Below, piece by piece: positions 39,365-52,067 of a stretch of DNA of 64,000 nt. Numbering within the stretch: position 1 is the first letter of the stretch; every line of letters starts with the position of its first letter. A model generated the notes under the pieces. The model ran no database searches, was not told the DNA's origin, and saw nothing but the letters and a program-made list of their open reading frames with translations. Source of the DNA: Daphnia carinata (lineage: Eukaryota); assembly GCF_022539665.2 (NCBI RefSeq), contig NC_081333.1:11470001-11534000 (forward strand), written 5' to 3'. The translations under genes and the position numbers were made by a program.

Positions 39365-42300
39365 ACAGCTGCCACAAAAACTCCAACAGCAGCGGCCAGC
39401 GGCTGGAACATGTATACAGCCGGATCGCTTCTGGCAGCCCCTCCAGGCTTTTTCTCTTTCAGGGGGTGGATCGAAGGGGAGGAACAAATAAAGAGGATAA
39501 AACTATGAGGTGGAAACCCACCACCATTTTTTGGGAGAGAAACAGACGGCGACGCTCAGCAGAGGGGTGGTGGATCTGTATGAATGAAAGATCCTGAAGT
39601 TCTTGGAGCGGAAACGAGACGTGCGCTGCTGTTAGCGAAGGGGGAAAAAAGGGGGGGGGGGCGCATCTCCGTCCAAGAATTCAAAACAGAAAAAACGACG
39701 TCGACGACGTCCCCCCTTCCTTTCACATGTGACTTTCTTGGGTTCTAAAATAGAGAAAGAAGCCAGATCCCCCCCCCTCGTATCCTTACGCCTTCCACCC
39801 CTTTTTAAAGTGCGTAATCGAAGAAGACATAAACAACACGTTCGAAACTATTTCCCGTTTTTCTTTTTCATTGCGTTGGCAAAAAAAAAACTGCTTCTTC
39901 GAAAAAAAAAGGGATGAATTGATCCTTCCGGCCCCATGGAAACCCTTCCGGTCGACGCTGTGCAAGGGTGGACAAAATACGCCTTCCCTCTTTCCTTTTT
40001 CTTTCACAGAAAATGAAAGGAAGCAACCCTTAACACATGTTTCCGTCATTCCGGTGAAAACGTCTTGCTTGTCAAAGGTCGTCGACGTCACACAACCGGA
40101 CAAGTGACGCGGGGGGGGGGGAGAATAAAAATAAGTTTTCCAATTTTAGAGATGTAACCATTCTCTCTAATGTTTCCGTAAATATTTAAACTTCCCTCTG
40201 TGCAGATCAGCTGCCCTTGGTCCATAAGAGCCAAGGCAAATAATCAAAGAATGAACCTGATGAAAATATACGCCTACACACAGACAGGGGGGGGGGAACG
40301 CGTGTGTAGGCAGCAGTTTGATTCACAATCCGATAGTAAGCCAGGAAAAGAGAAACATTGTGTCTCGTATGTTTATAACGAGGAAACAGTTGCCGCCATT
40401 ATGACTAAAACTTTATGCATTTCAGAGGCCCCGGCGTCTATTGTTGATCGATTTTTTTTTTTTTTTAAGGGACCGATGGTGTTTCAACAGCGATGCATAG
40501 TCCTACAAGCGCAGCTGCCGTTCCATAAGGTTCTTCAGCTCCCTTTTGTGTGTACTGATAAATGCATTTATACCGCACTGTATACAGGGGGGATGCGATT
40601 GAATAGTGAGTGGGGGGGGGGGGGGGAGAATAAGAAAAAAGATAGTAAGGGTAGTGGGGCTGCTTACGGCAGATGATACACAGAGGCAGGAGGAACTGCT
40701 GCATGGGCAATAGGGTGGAGGTGTCCGCCAGGTGTTGGGTTTACCAGCATATGCTGGACTGGAAAGGCGATGCGCCATGTGTGTAGTGTCTGTCACGATT
40801 CACCAGGAGCCGATGCACTAGCGTGTGTGGTTTAACGATTAACACACACTGAAAAACTAAAATTTTTTTTTTCATCCTCGGGCAAAACAGGCGCGTGTCG
40901 TCTTTGGTCACACACACACACAAATTAATAATAACACACCCGAGTGCATTATTACAAGAAATTAGTGCGTTCACGTCTGACGCAAAAAGTGACGTAATAT
41001 ACGCGGCTAATAAATAAATGGCATTCTTTCGTGACTTATTATTATTTTTTTTTTCTTAAACTTTACATCACATTTCTCGCAGGCTCTATTTTGAATTATC
41101 TGCACGCGGACATTACGTACATACAAAGAGGTAAACTTTTTTTTTTTTCCTGAGCTTTTCGGAGGGTGTGCTGTATTGTATATACACAGGAAATTCCAAC
41201 AGACGAGTGGCAGAGCCGCTATACACTTAAAACTTTTTGTTTTATTTATTTGGCTTTGCTGACTTTTTTTTTTGAAAGAGAAAAGCCGCACTTGTTTCTC
41301 TCTTTTTTCCCCCCCTTTTTGCGGGACTGATGTTCGTCGACCACGAAACATGATCCATCGTACCTTGCTCGGTCATGCTCACAAACTCCCGAAGAGAAAT
41401 ACCTTCAAAGTCGTCAGTCTATTGCTAAAAAAAAAACTTTCTGGCGCACTGAGGCTCGCTACGGTCATCAGAGAAATTCTGATGATGAATCATCAACTTT
41501 TAGAAAATTCCAACTTAGAAAAAAAAAAACTCTAAAAAACAATTTTTTTTTTTTTTGCAGCTAAAGTTTTAGTTGATATCGAATTGCACCTTGACGTCGA
41601 AGCCGCCCACCCCACCTAACTTCGGCGTGAATTCAATCGTGTCGAACGAAACAGCAGGTGAAAGGAAAGTTTCGGTCTAATGATAATGTAAAAAATAAAA
41701 ATAAAAATGTCGAAAAAAAGGCGATGCCCTTCGGATAACTTCACAATGATAACATGTACGTGTATGTTGAGTTAAAGACTATATCGAAAGTTTAAGGTTG
41801 CACGCGCGAGCGCTCCATTAAAATGACATTGGGAAATGGGCAAGAAGAAGGAAGTTACTAAGCTTAAGACATCCGGCCGGACATGAAACCGCAACGCCCA
41901 GAGTACGTGCCGGCTTTTTTTTTTTTTTGCTTCTTGTCTTGACACACACAGAGAAAAAAAAAATGAGGGCATCAAACGACCAAACATTGTGTGAGGGGCG
42001 GAGTGGGGGGGGGGGTGCTGAAGAGAAAACTGCCGCAGAAGCGGAAATGATTTTCAATCCATTTGAAGAAAAGCTGATGTTATTACTCTGTTGTCGTATT
42101 TTCCAGGAGAACAATAAAAAAACAACCAATAAATAAAAAAAAAAAAAGGGGAACAAACGAATGTCTGCCCAATGCGGTGTATGTGTGTGTCCGGCGTGAC
42201 GGATAACCGCAGAGTCACGCGCCGCGGCGTCCACACGAAGGACGTTTCAGATTATCTATGGATGTCCCTCTGAAAAGTTCACGAACCCTCAACGCATACA

Positions 42301-43803
42301 TCATCCTTTTGCAGACAGAAATTAGATTTACTTGAATCCAATTCGAATACTTTCCAAAAATAAAAATGTTCTTTGTTCAACTTCGAGCCTAACTCGATGG
42401 CGTTAAGTGAATACGTAAGGAACTGAAACGTGTTTATAGAATATTCAACACTCGTTCTCAAGGAGTTGCCATCCTTGGTTAGTGTAAAGTCTATTGCCAG
42501 TTCGTTAGCGAGGGGATAAAAACGAGAGGCAGCTGCCCTGAACTGGTCGGACGGGCATTATCGGTCTTGTGACCAGATGGTAAGCCGAATTTCAACACAC
42601 ATATTGGAAACAGTTGCCCATTCTCCTACACACGCCTTCACCCCTCCACAAGACCCTACACCCATCTTTTTTTTTTCTTTTGCTATTTGACTTTGACCCA
42701 ACACCACGTGCTACCTCTTAATAAATATAGAAGTTTAAAAAACCCCTGTCGCGTGCCATTTGGCCGACGGGCGTCTTTCTTTTGTTTTTTAAATTTCTAA
42801 TACAAGACCGGAACTAGAGCAAGCTGAAAGTATGGAAATTTAAAAGGAAAAACAAAATGGGATAGGCAAAACAGGCCAATGTGAGAGAATAGCCGGCCAA
42901 TAAAAAAAACAAAACAAAAAGCTCTAACGCTTTCCTCAAGAAATATGGCTATTGCTGTTTGGCTATTTTTTTTCTTTGCATTTTTTATGTCGAACGAATA
43001 AAAAATAGTGGCACTACGTTTAAATATCGGCAATAGGCTTTGACTTTATCTTTTTCCTGATTAGATTCTTTTCGTTACGGCTGGGTGGTCGACGACCATG
43101 TGGCGTTTAAGGGGCGGCCAGGTAAACGGACGTCAAAAACATCAGCTGCTGTTGTTTCTTGTTTTAGGCGCACAGGAAACAGCTTGACTTTACACACCAG
43201 GCTTCGTAACACAACGTGACTCTGTAAGCTATTTAACTTGTCCTTTCGTAAGAAAGAACCTTCTTTTGTTTATTTCTTAGATACGACTAGCTTACGTTAC
43301 TTTGGCAGCTTCACATCACAATTGAAAAAAGGGGCCTTTCGTCAACCTCGTCCTACGGGTACAATTCTTCACAATTGCCTCTATACAAACACCATTAGGC
43401 AGGAAGGTGGGAAAAAGGGGTTCATGAAAGAAGAGTAAACAGTGGCAGGTATATCTGATCCCACAACAACAAAAGGAAGGAAGTGCCATGCTAGCAACAC
43501 TATACACAATGACCTACTCTATAGAAGAAAAAAGAACTTTACTTGACAAAGAGATGAGACATAAGAAGCTAGTCCATGTCTCTTCTATTCAGGAAATATT
43601 CAAGTGATCATGTTTCAACATCTGTGCCTTGCATTTTGAATGCATGAATCTTGTTATTTTGATATCACATTCGGGTTTCTGATTGTCATCAACATGTGGA
43701 ACACCTGCTCATCCAACTAATAGCCTGTAACGTCATATAGAGTGGAGCTTGACGGAAAAGGGATGAACGATAAATGAGGGACAAGGTAATGACATGCACC
43801 TGT
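39365..43803. promoter_or_regulatory. Cluster of proneural-type E-boxes and one Hairy/E(spl) site in the neur first intron
   Basis: RCAGSTG at 39365, 40208, 40511, 41654, 42529, 43143, 43702, 43797; GGCACGCGAC on the minus strand at 42748-42757. Confidence 0.45.
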
Positions 43804-43908
43804 CTGGTTTTTCTGGACCAGTGTAAGCTTAAAAATCAGTCGCACGAAATCGATCCCACAAAATACTTATCATTCGAAAAAGAAAAAAAAATATCGATGT
43901 AAACTTAC

Positions 43909-43948
43909 TTGATAAGCTGCCCAACGAGATACCAATAGTTTGTCCCAT
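43909..43948 (-). CDS. neur: Alternative first coding exon of neuralized encoding an N-myristoylation-type start (MGQTIGISLGSLS)
   Basis: ATG GGA CAA.. 40 nt ending A|GTAAGT; phase 1, same as the 38812 donor and the shared acceptor at 37995; MGQ start resembles the myristoylated Neur isoforms of insects. Confidence 0.78.
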
Positions 43949-44054
43949 GATTTTGAACTGGATCCAATGTACAAAAATAATTATTTAAGGCACTATATCA
44001 CAAAAACTGGATGCATCAACTTTTTTTTTCTCTTGAATGACAACAAGTCGTTCC

Positions 44055-44070
44055 TTCGCCATCTGGCGAA
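44055..44070. promoter_or_regulatory. Palindrome containing a CTCF-like core at the neur / RN-tre divergent promoter
   Basis: TTCGCCA-TC-TGGCGAA; minus strand reads CGCCAGATGGCG, similar to the CTCF consensus. Confidence 0.35.
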
Positions 44071-44522
44071 CGAGAAACCAATTGCGTGTGACATTTCCAA
44101 TTCACTCTAGGGAAGAGTAGCGGTAGCTACACACGGAAAAAATACAGTGGGCGAGAGGTTTGGACTTTTAGCCAAAAGGCCTCCAAAGATTCCAAGGAAT
44201 TATGAGGAATCGACGAGACATTTTGTGCATTTCGCTGTAATCTAAAATGTATCGAAGAACGTCAATAGTTTGAGGATACGTCGAAACGCATGAAAGATTT
44301 TGACCGGTTCGGGCGATTGAGTGAAGAAGGTTTAGCCTATACCTTCTGGCTGCTGTCAAAGCACAAGTGAAAAAAAAAAGAAAAGGAAAAGAAAAAAGAA
44401 AAAAACTGCGTTTGAAAGAGAAGGAGTTATCGGACCGTGTCCTCAATATTATTGTTCGTTATTGAAGTGATTTTCCCTAAGAAAATTTAGATCAGTGTCG
44501 TGTGTTTTAAAATGTCGCGAAC

Positions 44523-47304
44523 ATGACGGAAGAGGAACTATTGGTTAAAGCGGCCGAAGAGAGATCAGCCATCGTCAACAAATATGACCGCGGCCGAGAA
44601 AATGCAGAACAGATAGATCCGTGGGAGGACCCTGCGTTCGAAATTTATCACGTCACCGACAGATACGGTTTCATACAGTAAGTGTTTAATGCATACCTTC
44701 GAGTCATTGAAACAATTTTTCTTACTTCCGAATTAGTGATAAGCGCTTGCCTGCCAGTCAACGAGTAGAAGTAAGGGATAAGGAACTGGAAAACAGTAGG
44801 TTGAAAAAATGGTCCAAAATGATACACCCCAATTCCACCAAAGTGTGGGACAAGGATATGAAAACTGGCAAGTTGAAAAAACGGCTCTACAAAGGTGTGC
44901 CTGATGCAGTCAGAGGTGAAGTCTGGTCACGCTTGTTGCATATCAAGAAAACGAAGGAAGAACAAATTGGCAAATATGAGGTAATTTACTGTTTACTTGT
45001 TTTTAATAACTAATTACCTTCCCAATCTTCACACCTAAAATTCAAAGGGAAATTTTTTTTAGCAAGCATCAATCATTTGTTTCCATTTTCCATCTTAAAA
45101 CAGGAAATGCGGAAATTGGCTCGGTTGTGGTCACCAGATCTACGTCAGATCGACCTCGACGTCAATAGAACATACCGGGATCATCTTATGTTTCGCGAAC
45201 GCTATGGATTAAAACAGCAGGCCCTCTTCCATGTATTAGGGGCCTATTCGGTGTACAATTCCGAAATAGGTATACTGTAACATTATTTCAATTTCGCAAC
45301 TTTCATAAACAATAACCGTTTTCATAGGTTACTGCCAGGGAATGTCACAGATCGCTGCGTTGCTTCTAATGTACCTCAATGAAGAAGACGCGTTTTGGGG
45401 TCTTAGTAACCTAATGGCTGATCCCAAGTGGGCGATGCACGGTAAGCCAATACTTGTTTCCCACAGATTGAACTAAACTTCACCAGACTTTTTTTTGTTT
45501 CTTATTAGGTTTTTTCATTCCTGGTTTTCCGAAATTGCTTCGCTTCCAACAGCAGCATGACAAAATATTTGCCAAATTTCTACCCAAACTAAAGAAGCAT
45601 TTCGATCGGCAAAATATCGATGCTGGTCTTTACACCTTGAAATGGTTTTTCCAGTGCTTTCTTGATAGAGTAAGTTAAGCTCATCTGAAACCCTTTACGG
45701 GTTGCTCGAAAGAAGTACCGACATACGCCCACACTGAAATACTACACTATGGTTTCATTTTCACATCATGTTCCCTGACACTTTGTCGTATGGGTTCCGC
45801 CTAACCAAAGAGAAAGGCGATTGAACCAGTGCGAAATGCTGTGTATTGTTTCTCAGTAACATGATTCGAAATTTATCTCTTTTCTAGGTTCCTTTTTCTC
45901 TGGCTATACGATTATGGGATATTTATCTGTTTGAGGGCGAAAACTTGCTCTTAACCATGTCGTATGGCCTCTTGAAATTGCATCGGCGATCGTTGAGTCG
46001 AATGGGGATGGAGGAGATTGTTGAATTTTTGCAGATACATCTATCTCAAAATTTCGGCTACCCCGACAATGTAGTCATAGAAAGTGTAGAGAAATGCATG
46101 GAGGAGCTTCGACGAGCGAAATTGGACCAGAGCCCCAAACAGATTCCTGCTAGTGAATTGGCCCAGAATCCATTTGGAGCCTTCGTGACTCCCTCGGTTG
46201 ACGTTTCAATCGGACGACGGAGGGCCGAATTCTCCGACGAAGAACGTGTTGCTCGTGCAGCTGTGGTTGCCCGCATGGAATTACAGGTTGGTGATCCTAT
46301 TTGAAAGCGTCCACTGATTTTGTGTTAACTAGTTTTCAATGTTTTTTTAGTCGAGGTCTCATCAGCCAGGATCTTATCTGTCTATTGATGACGTCTCATT
46401 TGACCCTAGCATCGATGACGTCAGTTCCGGCTTACAACGCAGTTGCCGGAGTTCGTTGGCTGGAACTAGTGCCACCTCTGCGGCAGACATAAGCACGCTC
46501 TCCGTTACAGCATCACAACGTTACTTGTATACTGACAACGACGAGGACGATATGGGATCTGTTGGAAGGAATAGTGTCATTTCCGTCGATCGAGATGGGA
46601 AGGCCCAAGGTTCACCTACCACTCTCACAGAATTCGCCGTTGTTCACCGGTCGCGAGCTGGTGAAGACGTTTTCATCCTACCACCACCTTACCCCACACC
46701 TACAGCATCGTCACTGTCGTCACCACAAACACCAAGCTACCCAATTCTTCCTTCGCCAGAGACCACGCCAACTACTTCACTCGAAACACCTACTTATCCA
46801 GCCCCGCCACCACTTTTCAGCAATTCATTCCAAAATAGTGTTATTAATGAGTCAATGTCCAAGGTAATTTTGATTCGCTTTGTTATTCAAACAACTTGTG
46901 TCTTTAATGATTCACTACATGTTACTTTTACGATTATCTAACAGACTTCTTCACGGTCAGAAACGAGAGAGCAGACGGCCATTCGAACTTCAAAATCGCC
47001 AGAAGGACGAATAAATCAAGACCATACTGTGTCTCCTGATCGCGTTCGGATTTACGTGCCCTACAGAGACGATACGTCGTTTGAATTTCCATCGGTGTTA
47101 AACGGATCAACCATAGGCAATGGAATTTCGCCTACCAGCCTCAACATGTCTTCTTTGGAAGATCCGAATCGCGTGGTGATCCAAGTGAACGACCGAACTT
47201 CTGATGGCGAGGCCGCTGTATCTTCCAGCACACCTGTTACTAAGAAGAGTAAGTCACCCACAAAAAAGGGAACCAAATCTAAATTGTCTGGAAGTCGCCT
47301 CTAA
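44523..47304 (+). CDS. USP6NL: USP6 N-terminal-like / RN-tre Rab-GAP (TBC domain), multi-exon
   Basis: [58 protein letters not shown] (R finger); [10 protein letters not shown] (Q finger); [20 protein letters not shown]. Confidence 0.93.
45733..45864 (+). ncRNA. Candidate structured intronic RNA inside an RN-tre intron (45670-45887)
   Basis: Nested complementary segments ACTGA/TCAGT, TACAC/GTGTA, CATTT/AAATG, GGTTC/GAACC, CGCCT/AGGCG, GACA/TGTC, followed by ACA+3 nt; the 218-nt intron is longer than its neighbours. Confidence 0.3.
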
Positions 47305-47957
47305 AGCCCCAAGTTGTCCTAGGGAAACGAAGAAAGTCTCTTTCCTCGATAGTGCTGCTTTGAAACTCCTTGTTTTTAAAACTTGTTTTGTTTTTGTCAA
47401 CCACCTTATATGTGTGGAAACAATAATTGGGATAATCTAATTTCAAACGTGAAATCCAGATCATTTCCCATTAAAACTCGAGTTGCCTCGCTGTTGTCAT
47501 CGTCAACTTGATAAACATCAAGCAGTCGATATGTTCTAGCCGTTCTTCGTGTTCCATTCCTTTGTCTTTCTTGAGTCGTCACTGTCTATAATGTGAAGTA
47601 TACCTTCGTCTTTGTGAACAGGTACCAGCTCGCCAATTTGTTCTTTAATTTTCTCTTTTTTTTGCGTTGTTGAACTTCTGAGAACACATACATCACATGA
47701 CATCTGTAGATAATCGTACCATCTAGGATTTTCTCCTCAACCCGTGTTTTTTTCACAATTTCTTTTTTTTTCCACCTTTTCATTGAGTGTCAATTTCAAC
47801 CAGCTGTTACATATACATAAAAACATTGTAGTGAGATTTGTACATACATAACAGTACAAAATCCAAAAAATCGCATTTGTTTTTCATTCAAAGTGAATCA
47901 GCAAGCTCAACAAAATATCCAATGCAAACGTAAATCTAAAACAAAAATGAAACTACA

Positions 47958-50900
47958 CTATAAAAGTTTCTTTACTACTCCTCGTCGTGCCTTTTGAGCT
48001 GGCCTAGTAGGTGCAGTCGCTACTTTTTTTGCTGGACTAAATTTTGTAGCTAGTGGCTCGTCCTCTCCGTTGGTAGCATGATTTCGGTTTCTACTTTTCA
48101 TTCGACATGTAATGCACTAAAAAAAAAAAAAAAAAACAAGAATACGTCATCTTCACTTTGTTTTTTAAAATAAAACACAAAGATTTTATACCTCTTCGTC
48201 TAGCCAGTCGAGTAACTCTTGAGCTTTACAACGGATGCGCTCCTTGCGAATTTCGGCAAAAAGATATTCAAAGGATATTGGCTCGTACGTTAGAACCAAC
48301 TTATGAATATCTGGACGCTTTTTGAAAAACGTTTTCATGCGATCCTTTAGCGGGACAGAACGTACGGGGCTGCCTAACTGGCTATCAGGTATTTCTCTGT
48401 CCAATTCCATAACAATCATACTTTCTTCATCCTCTTGAGAGTGTCCGCTTTCATCACAACTGGTGCTATCGCGTATACTTTTCGAAGGACTTGGAAGAAC
48501 ACAGGCCGGCTGATGCGTCCGCTGGGACTCCCGAGTTGTTTGCCTTTCCGGAGTGTCCTGAAAACTGCTTTCAGAATCTGTTACCAGAGGGTGAAGTTCC
48601 TCGTAGATGTGATGAAGAAGTTTCACTGCGTTTGATCGTTTGAGGGGCTTCAGCCCATACTTAACCAACTCTTGCTATAAAAAGAAACAAACAGAAAAAG
48701 ATACACCCGAGGTATGATACCGCATTAAATTTCCAGGATCAATAGAATTACAAGATGGCGTGTGTGTCATACCTTGAGAAGAGGTGTTTCCATCGATTGG
48801 TAGTCTGGAAGCGGAGTAACATCCATTTTCCGTTTTTTAGCCTGACGGGGTCCTTCAGGAGTATTGACATCAACCGCCACGCCATCTGCGCTGCATGGTA
48901 TGGCTAATGAGACTGCTGTACGTTTGGGTGATGGTTCCACGTCATGTAGCTGTCCGAATATTGAATCGAGCTCGTCGGGAAACTCATCGTATTGATTGTT
49001 CGATTTTTGTGCTTGAACTTCAGCTACTTTAACACAAGGAGACGGCATCGATGCGACCATAGGACTAGGATAATTGTGTAATACGTCCTCCACTTCACCT
49101 CCATAGCAACTCCAGGAAGAAACGGAATCGTTGATAAAGGATGAAGGATTAGCTCGCGAACACGAACCCACCAAATCATCCAACAAAGAATTTTGCAGGG
49201 AAGAATTTTTTGGATTTTGAACTGAGGATTTGCTCGGAGCGAAGGTTAAGGAACATTCTGCCATTGAGACATCTGTTTTGTCAAGAGAGTTGCTATTTTT
49301 TTCACAAGAATTAGCGTGAGGAGAGGAAGATCGATTACTCTGTCGATCTGAATCTGTTTCCTGTGTTAAATCAACGACTTCATCAGAAGAATTCGGTTCC
49401 TCATCTGAATGCACAAGAGTTTGGTGAAACATGTCGGGAGACAAGGGCACAATCCGGCTCGTGACATTGCTACTCATTTCCATGTCAAGAGCTGAGGTAA
49501 GAGTCCTTTCCACCTGGTGATGCTCGCTTGATAAAAGGACAGTTTTAACTTCTTTAGTTGGGCTGTTTTTAGTATTCTTGCCTGCTTCAGATGCAGGACC
49601 TGCTATCTGTTGTAGGATGGAAAGTTCTTCGTCGTCGCTGTGAATAGTTTGCAGACCGTCTTCGGACAGTGCTAGAGATTTTGATCCGAAACCACAAGGC
49701 GAATGTTCGCTTTTGTTCACCAGCGTCTCTTTTTTTTCATTTTCGTTGGCACTTGAAAACCGTAGAGAATTTTGTATGGTGGATGATTCTGAAAGCCTAT
49801 CAAGGCACGTTTCTTTTGAAGCAACTGAATTGGCATTAGATGACGTATCCAGCTTCACGGAATCTTCTTCTTCCTCGTCGCTAGTCTCATGGTCACTTTC
49901 ATGCTGATGCGGGAGTAGATCGATAAGGTCACTTATATTATGACGGCGGGCAATACGACGTACGTGTAGCACATCGTCTTCGTTATGCTCGTAACACGCC
50001 GTGTAAATAAAATGGAGAACTCTGAGGGCAGATGACGCTGAATATGATGACCAGTCAAGGATGAATCTTTCGCTTGCATTTTTTCCTTTGGTAATAATAC
50101 TGTCGAGCATGCTTGGGAAACGAGCTGCAAACACTAGGCGATGAGCACTAATGTTTCCGTTTTTGGCCCAGACAGTCACATCACTCATAAGTGGATTGTT
50201 CACCAACTGGGACCAGTCGTCCTTAAGTTTTGCGAACGCAGTTGGTAATGCAGAGGAATCGCTACCATTGTGTGTAGGACTAGGGTCATCAATGAAACCT
50301 CCTTCTGCTGCAGAAGCCAATTCTTCTAAAATCATCTGGGTATTTGGTATTGACTCTCCCTAGGAAAACGAAAAGTGTATGTTCAAGTAAAATAAATTAC
50401 TGAAATTTCTATTGCTGAGGAGCTTCACCTGAGAAGAATTCCGCCCTGGCAATTGCGACACATGAAGCAGAATGTTAGAATAACCACATTTTTTTTCGGA
50501 GGGACTAATCACTGAACGAAGGGCATCAACATAAAAGACATTGGATTGGTCAGACGTAGGAACATTTTGCAGTGAAGAACGCTGCCACAAAGATCTTTTA
50601 TCTTCAGAAAATTTCTGGATATATTCTGAGATAGGCCGAGGATGAGTGAAAACCGCCTTGGGAGGCTTCACTGGATCATCCGGCTCTTGATTTAGCACTG
50701 ACGCAGCTCTATCAGCAATTAAACGTTCACGTTCAGCATGAGAACGGAGAGATAGTATGTAGTGTGCCGGTTCTCTCTTTGTGGCTGCTTTGGCTTTTCG
50801 TTTGACTTTTGTTAATGTAGGAACAATGGCTGGCATAGAAAGCACATGACTCAGAACAGTCCCTGTTGCTTGTTGTTCATCATTTCGCAGCTCTGCAATG

Positions 50901-51632
50901 ACTTCCGTCATGTTTCCCTAAGGAAAAAATATAAAAGATGGTTACTCAACTGAAATAGAAAAAACTTGCTGCTGTAAATGTTGTACTGTAATCAACAATT
51001 CTTCTTCTAGTTTTCTGGCATTTTCGTTGGCTGACTGTAACGATTCTGACAAAGCAATTGCGAGGGAAAGGTCGCTTGGATCAGCTGCTTTTCGGCGGAC
51101 TGATCTTTTTTCAGCAGGCATTCTGCGTTTCAATTGTTTATCTGACGGTCTTGGAGAGAGTGGTTCACTAAGCTGTTCATGTTGATCCCCAAATAATACT
51201 CCTCTGCCACTGCTTAGGGCAGAATGTACACAAAAACTACATGGTTCACTTTTCTCAGAGGCACCGGACAGAGTTTCGTTGCACTGAGGACATTGAAACC
51301 TGACTTTAGATTCTTCTGTTTTCACTAATTCACTTTCACTTGCAGATAAATCAATTTTATTTGTGTTAAGTTTAATTTGTTGCTGGCCAACACATTTTGA
51401 AACTGATTCATTTTTGTCTTTAGTTGTTTTCCTTTAAAATTAGAATTAAGTTATGGTTTTTTTTTGACCAATTGAATATATACACATACATATTTTAATT
51501 TTTTTACCTCTCTGTCCTAAGTGGGCGTGTTACAAGAAAATCATCCAGACTGTCATCTAGAGGTGCATCTGACTTTGCAAGCTTGTGGCCCTGGTTTCTG
51601 GAAAGCTTCAGTAACTTCTTTGTTGGTAGCAT
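47958..51632 (-). CDS. SLX4: Structure-specific endonuclease scaffold SLX4 (MLR, BTB, SAP, SBD), multi-exon
   Basis: DLSLAIALSES, LWQRSS and FYVDAL (MLR); DWSQLVNNPLMSDV..AHRLVFAARFP (BTB); TPLPDYQSMETPLLK|QELVKYGLKPL..LHHIYEELH (SAP); VLTYEPISF..LLDWLDEE|CIT (SBD); ATG at 51632 splices in frame via 51508/51431. Confidence 0.9.
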
Positions 51633-51757
51633 TCTCAAGTTCAAAAGCGAAAACCTTTATTGTAGTAAACAAAGAATACACATTTAACTACAATCTCTCA
51701 CATTCAATAAGATCACATTTCTATTGCTACTATATCTGTTTTCTGGGTTGCACCATC

Positions 51758-52067
51758 TCATTCCTCCTGTGCTTGGGTAAAAACTACAGAGGACCTAAAT
51801 GGCTTTCTAGGTGTTTTTTGTATTTCAGCAGTATTAAGTCCGTGCTTCGCTAAGTTCGCAGAAAGGTGATCCTTGCCGAAGAAACTAGGTAAATTGGGAC
51901 AGTTAATGCAATTTTTGGAAACAGGTAATTCATTGACTGAAAATTTACTGTATTGCAAGACCAATCACAGAAGCAACTCCTAAGAATCCCAAAGCGAATT
52001 TATTGCCAAATGCATTCGCGGCGGTTCCCCCAAGCCTTCTTGGTTTCGGCGGTCGCCTATTTTCCAT
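51758..52067 (-). CDS. Unrecognised 81-aa single-TM microprotein; exons 52067-51949 and 51884-51758
   Basis: MENRRPPKPRRLGGTAANAFGNKFALGFLGVASVIGLAIH FFGKDHLSANLAKHGLNTAEIQKTPRKPFRSSVVFTQAQEE*; canonical 64-nt GTAAAT..CTAG intron keeps the frame. Confidence 0.6.

Noticed and set aside
45800..45806. CCTAACC in the structured intron as a TTAGG telomerase template
   Set aside because: A 7-mer is common by chance, it sits partly in a stem, and the layout does not match template-pseudoknot followed by H/ACA
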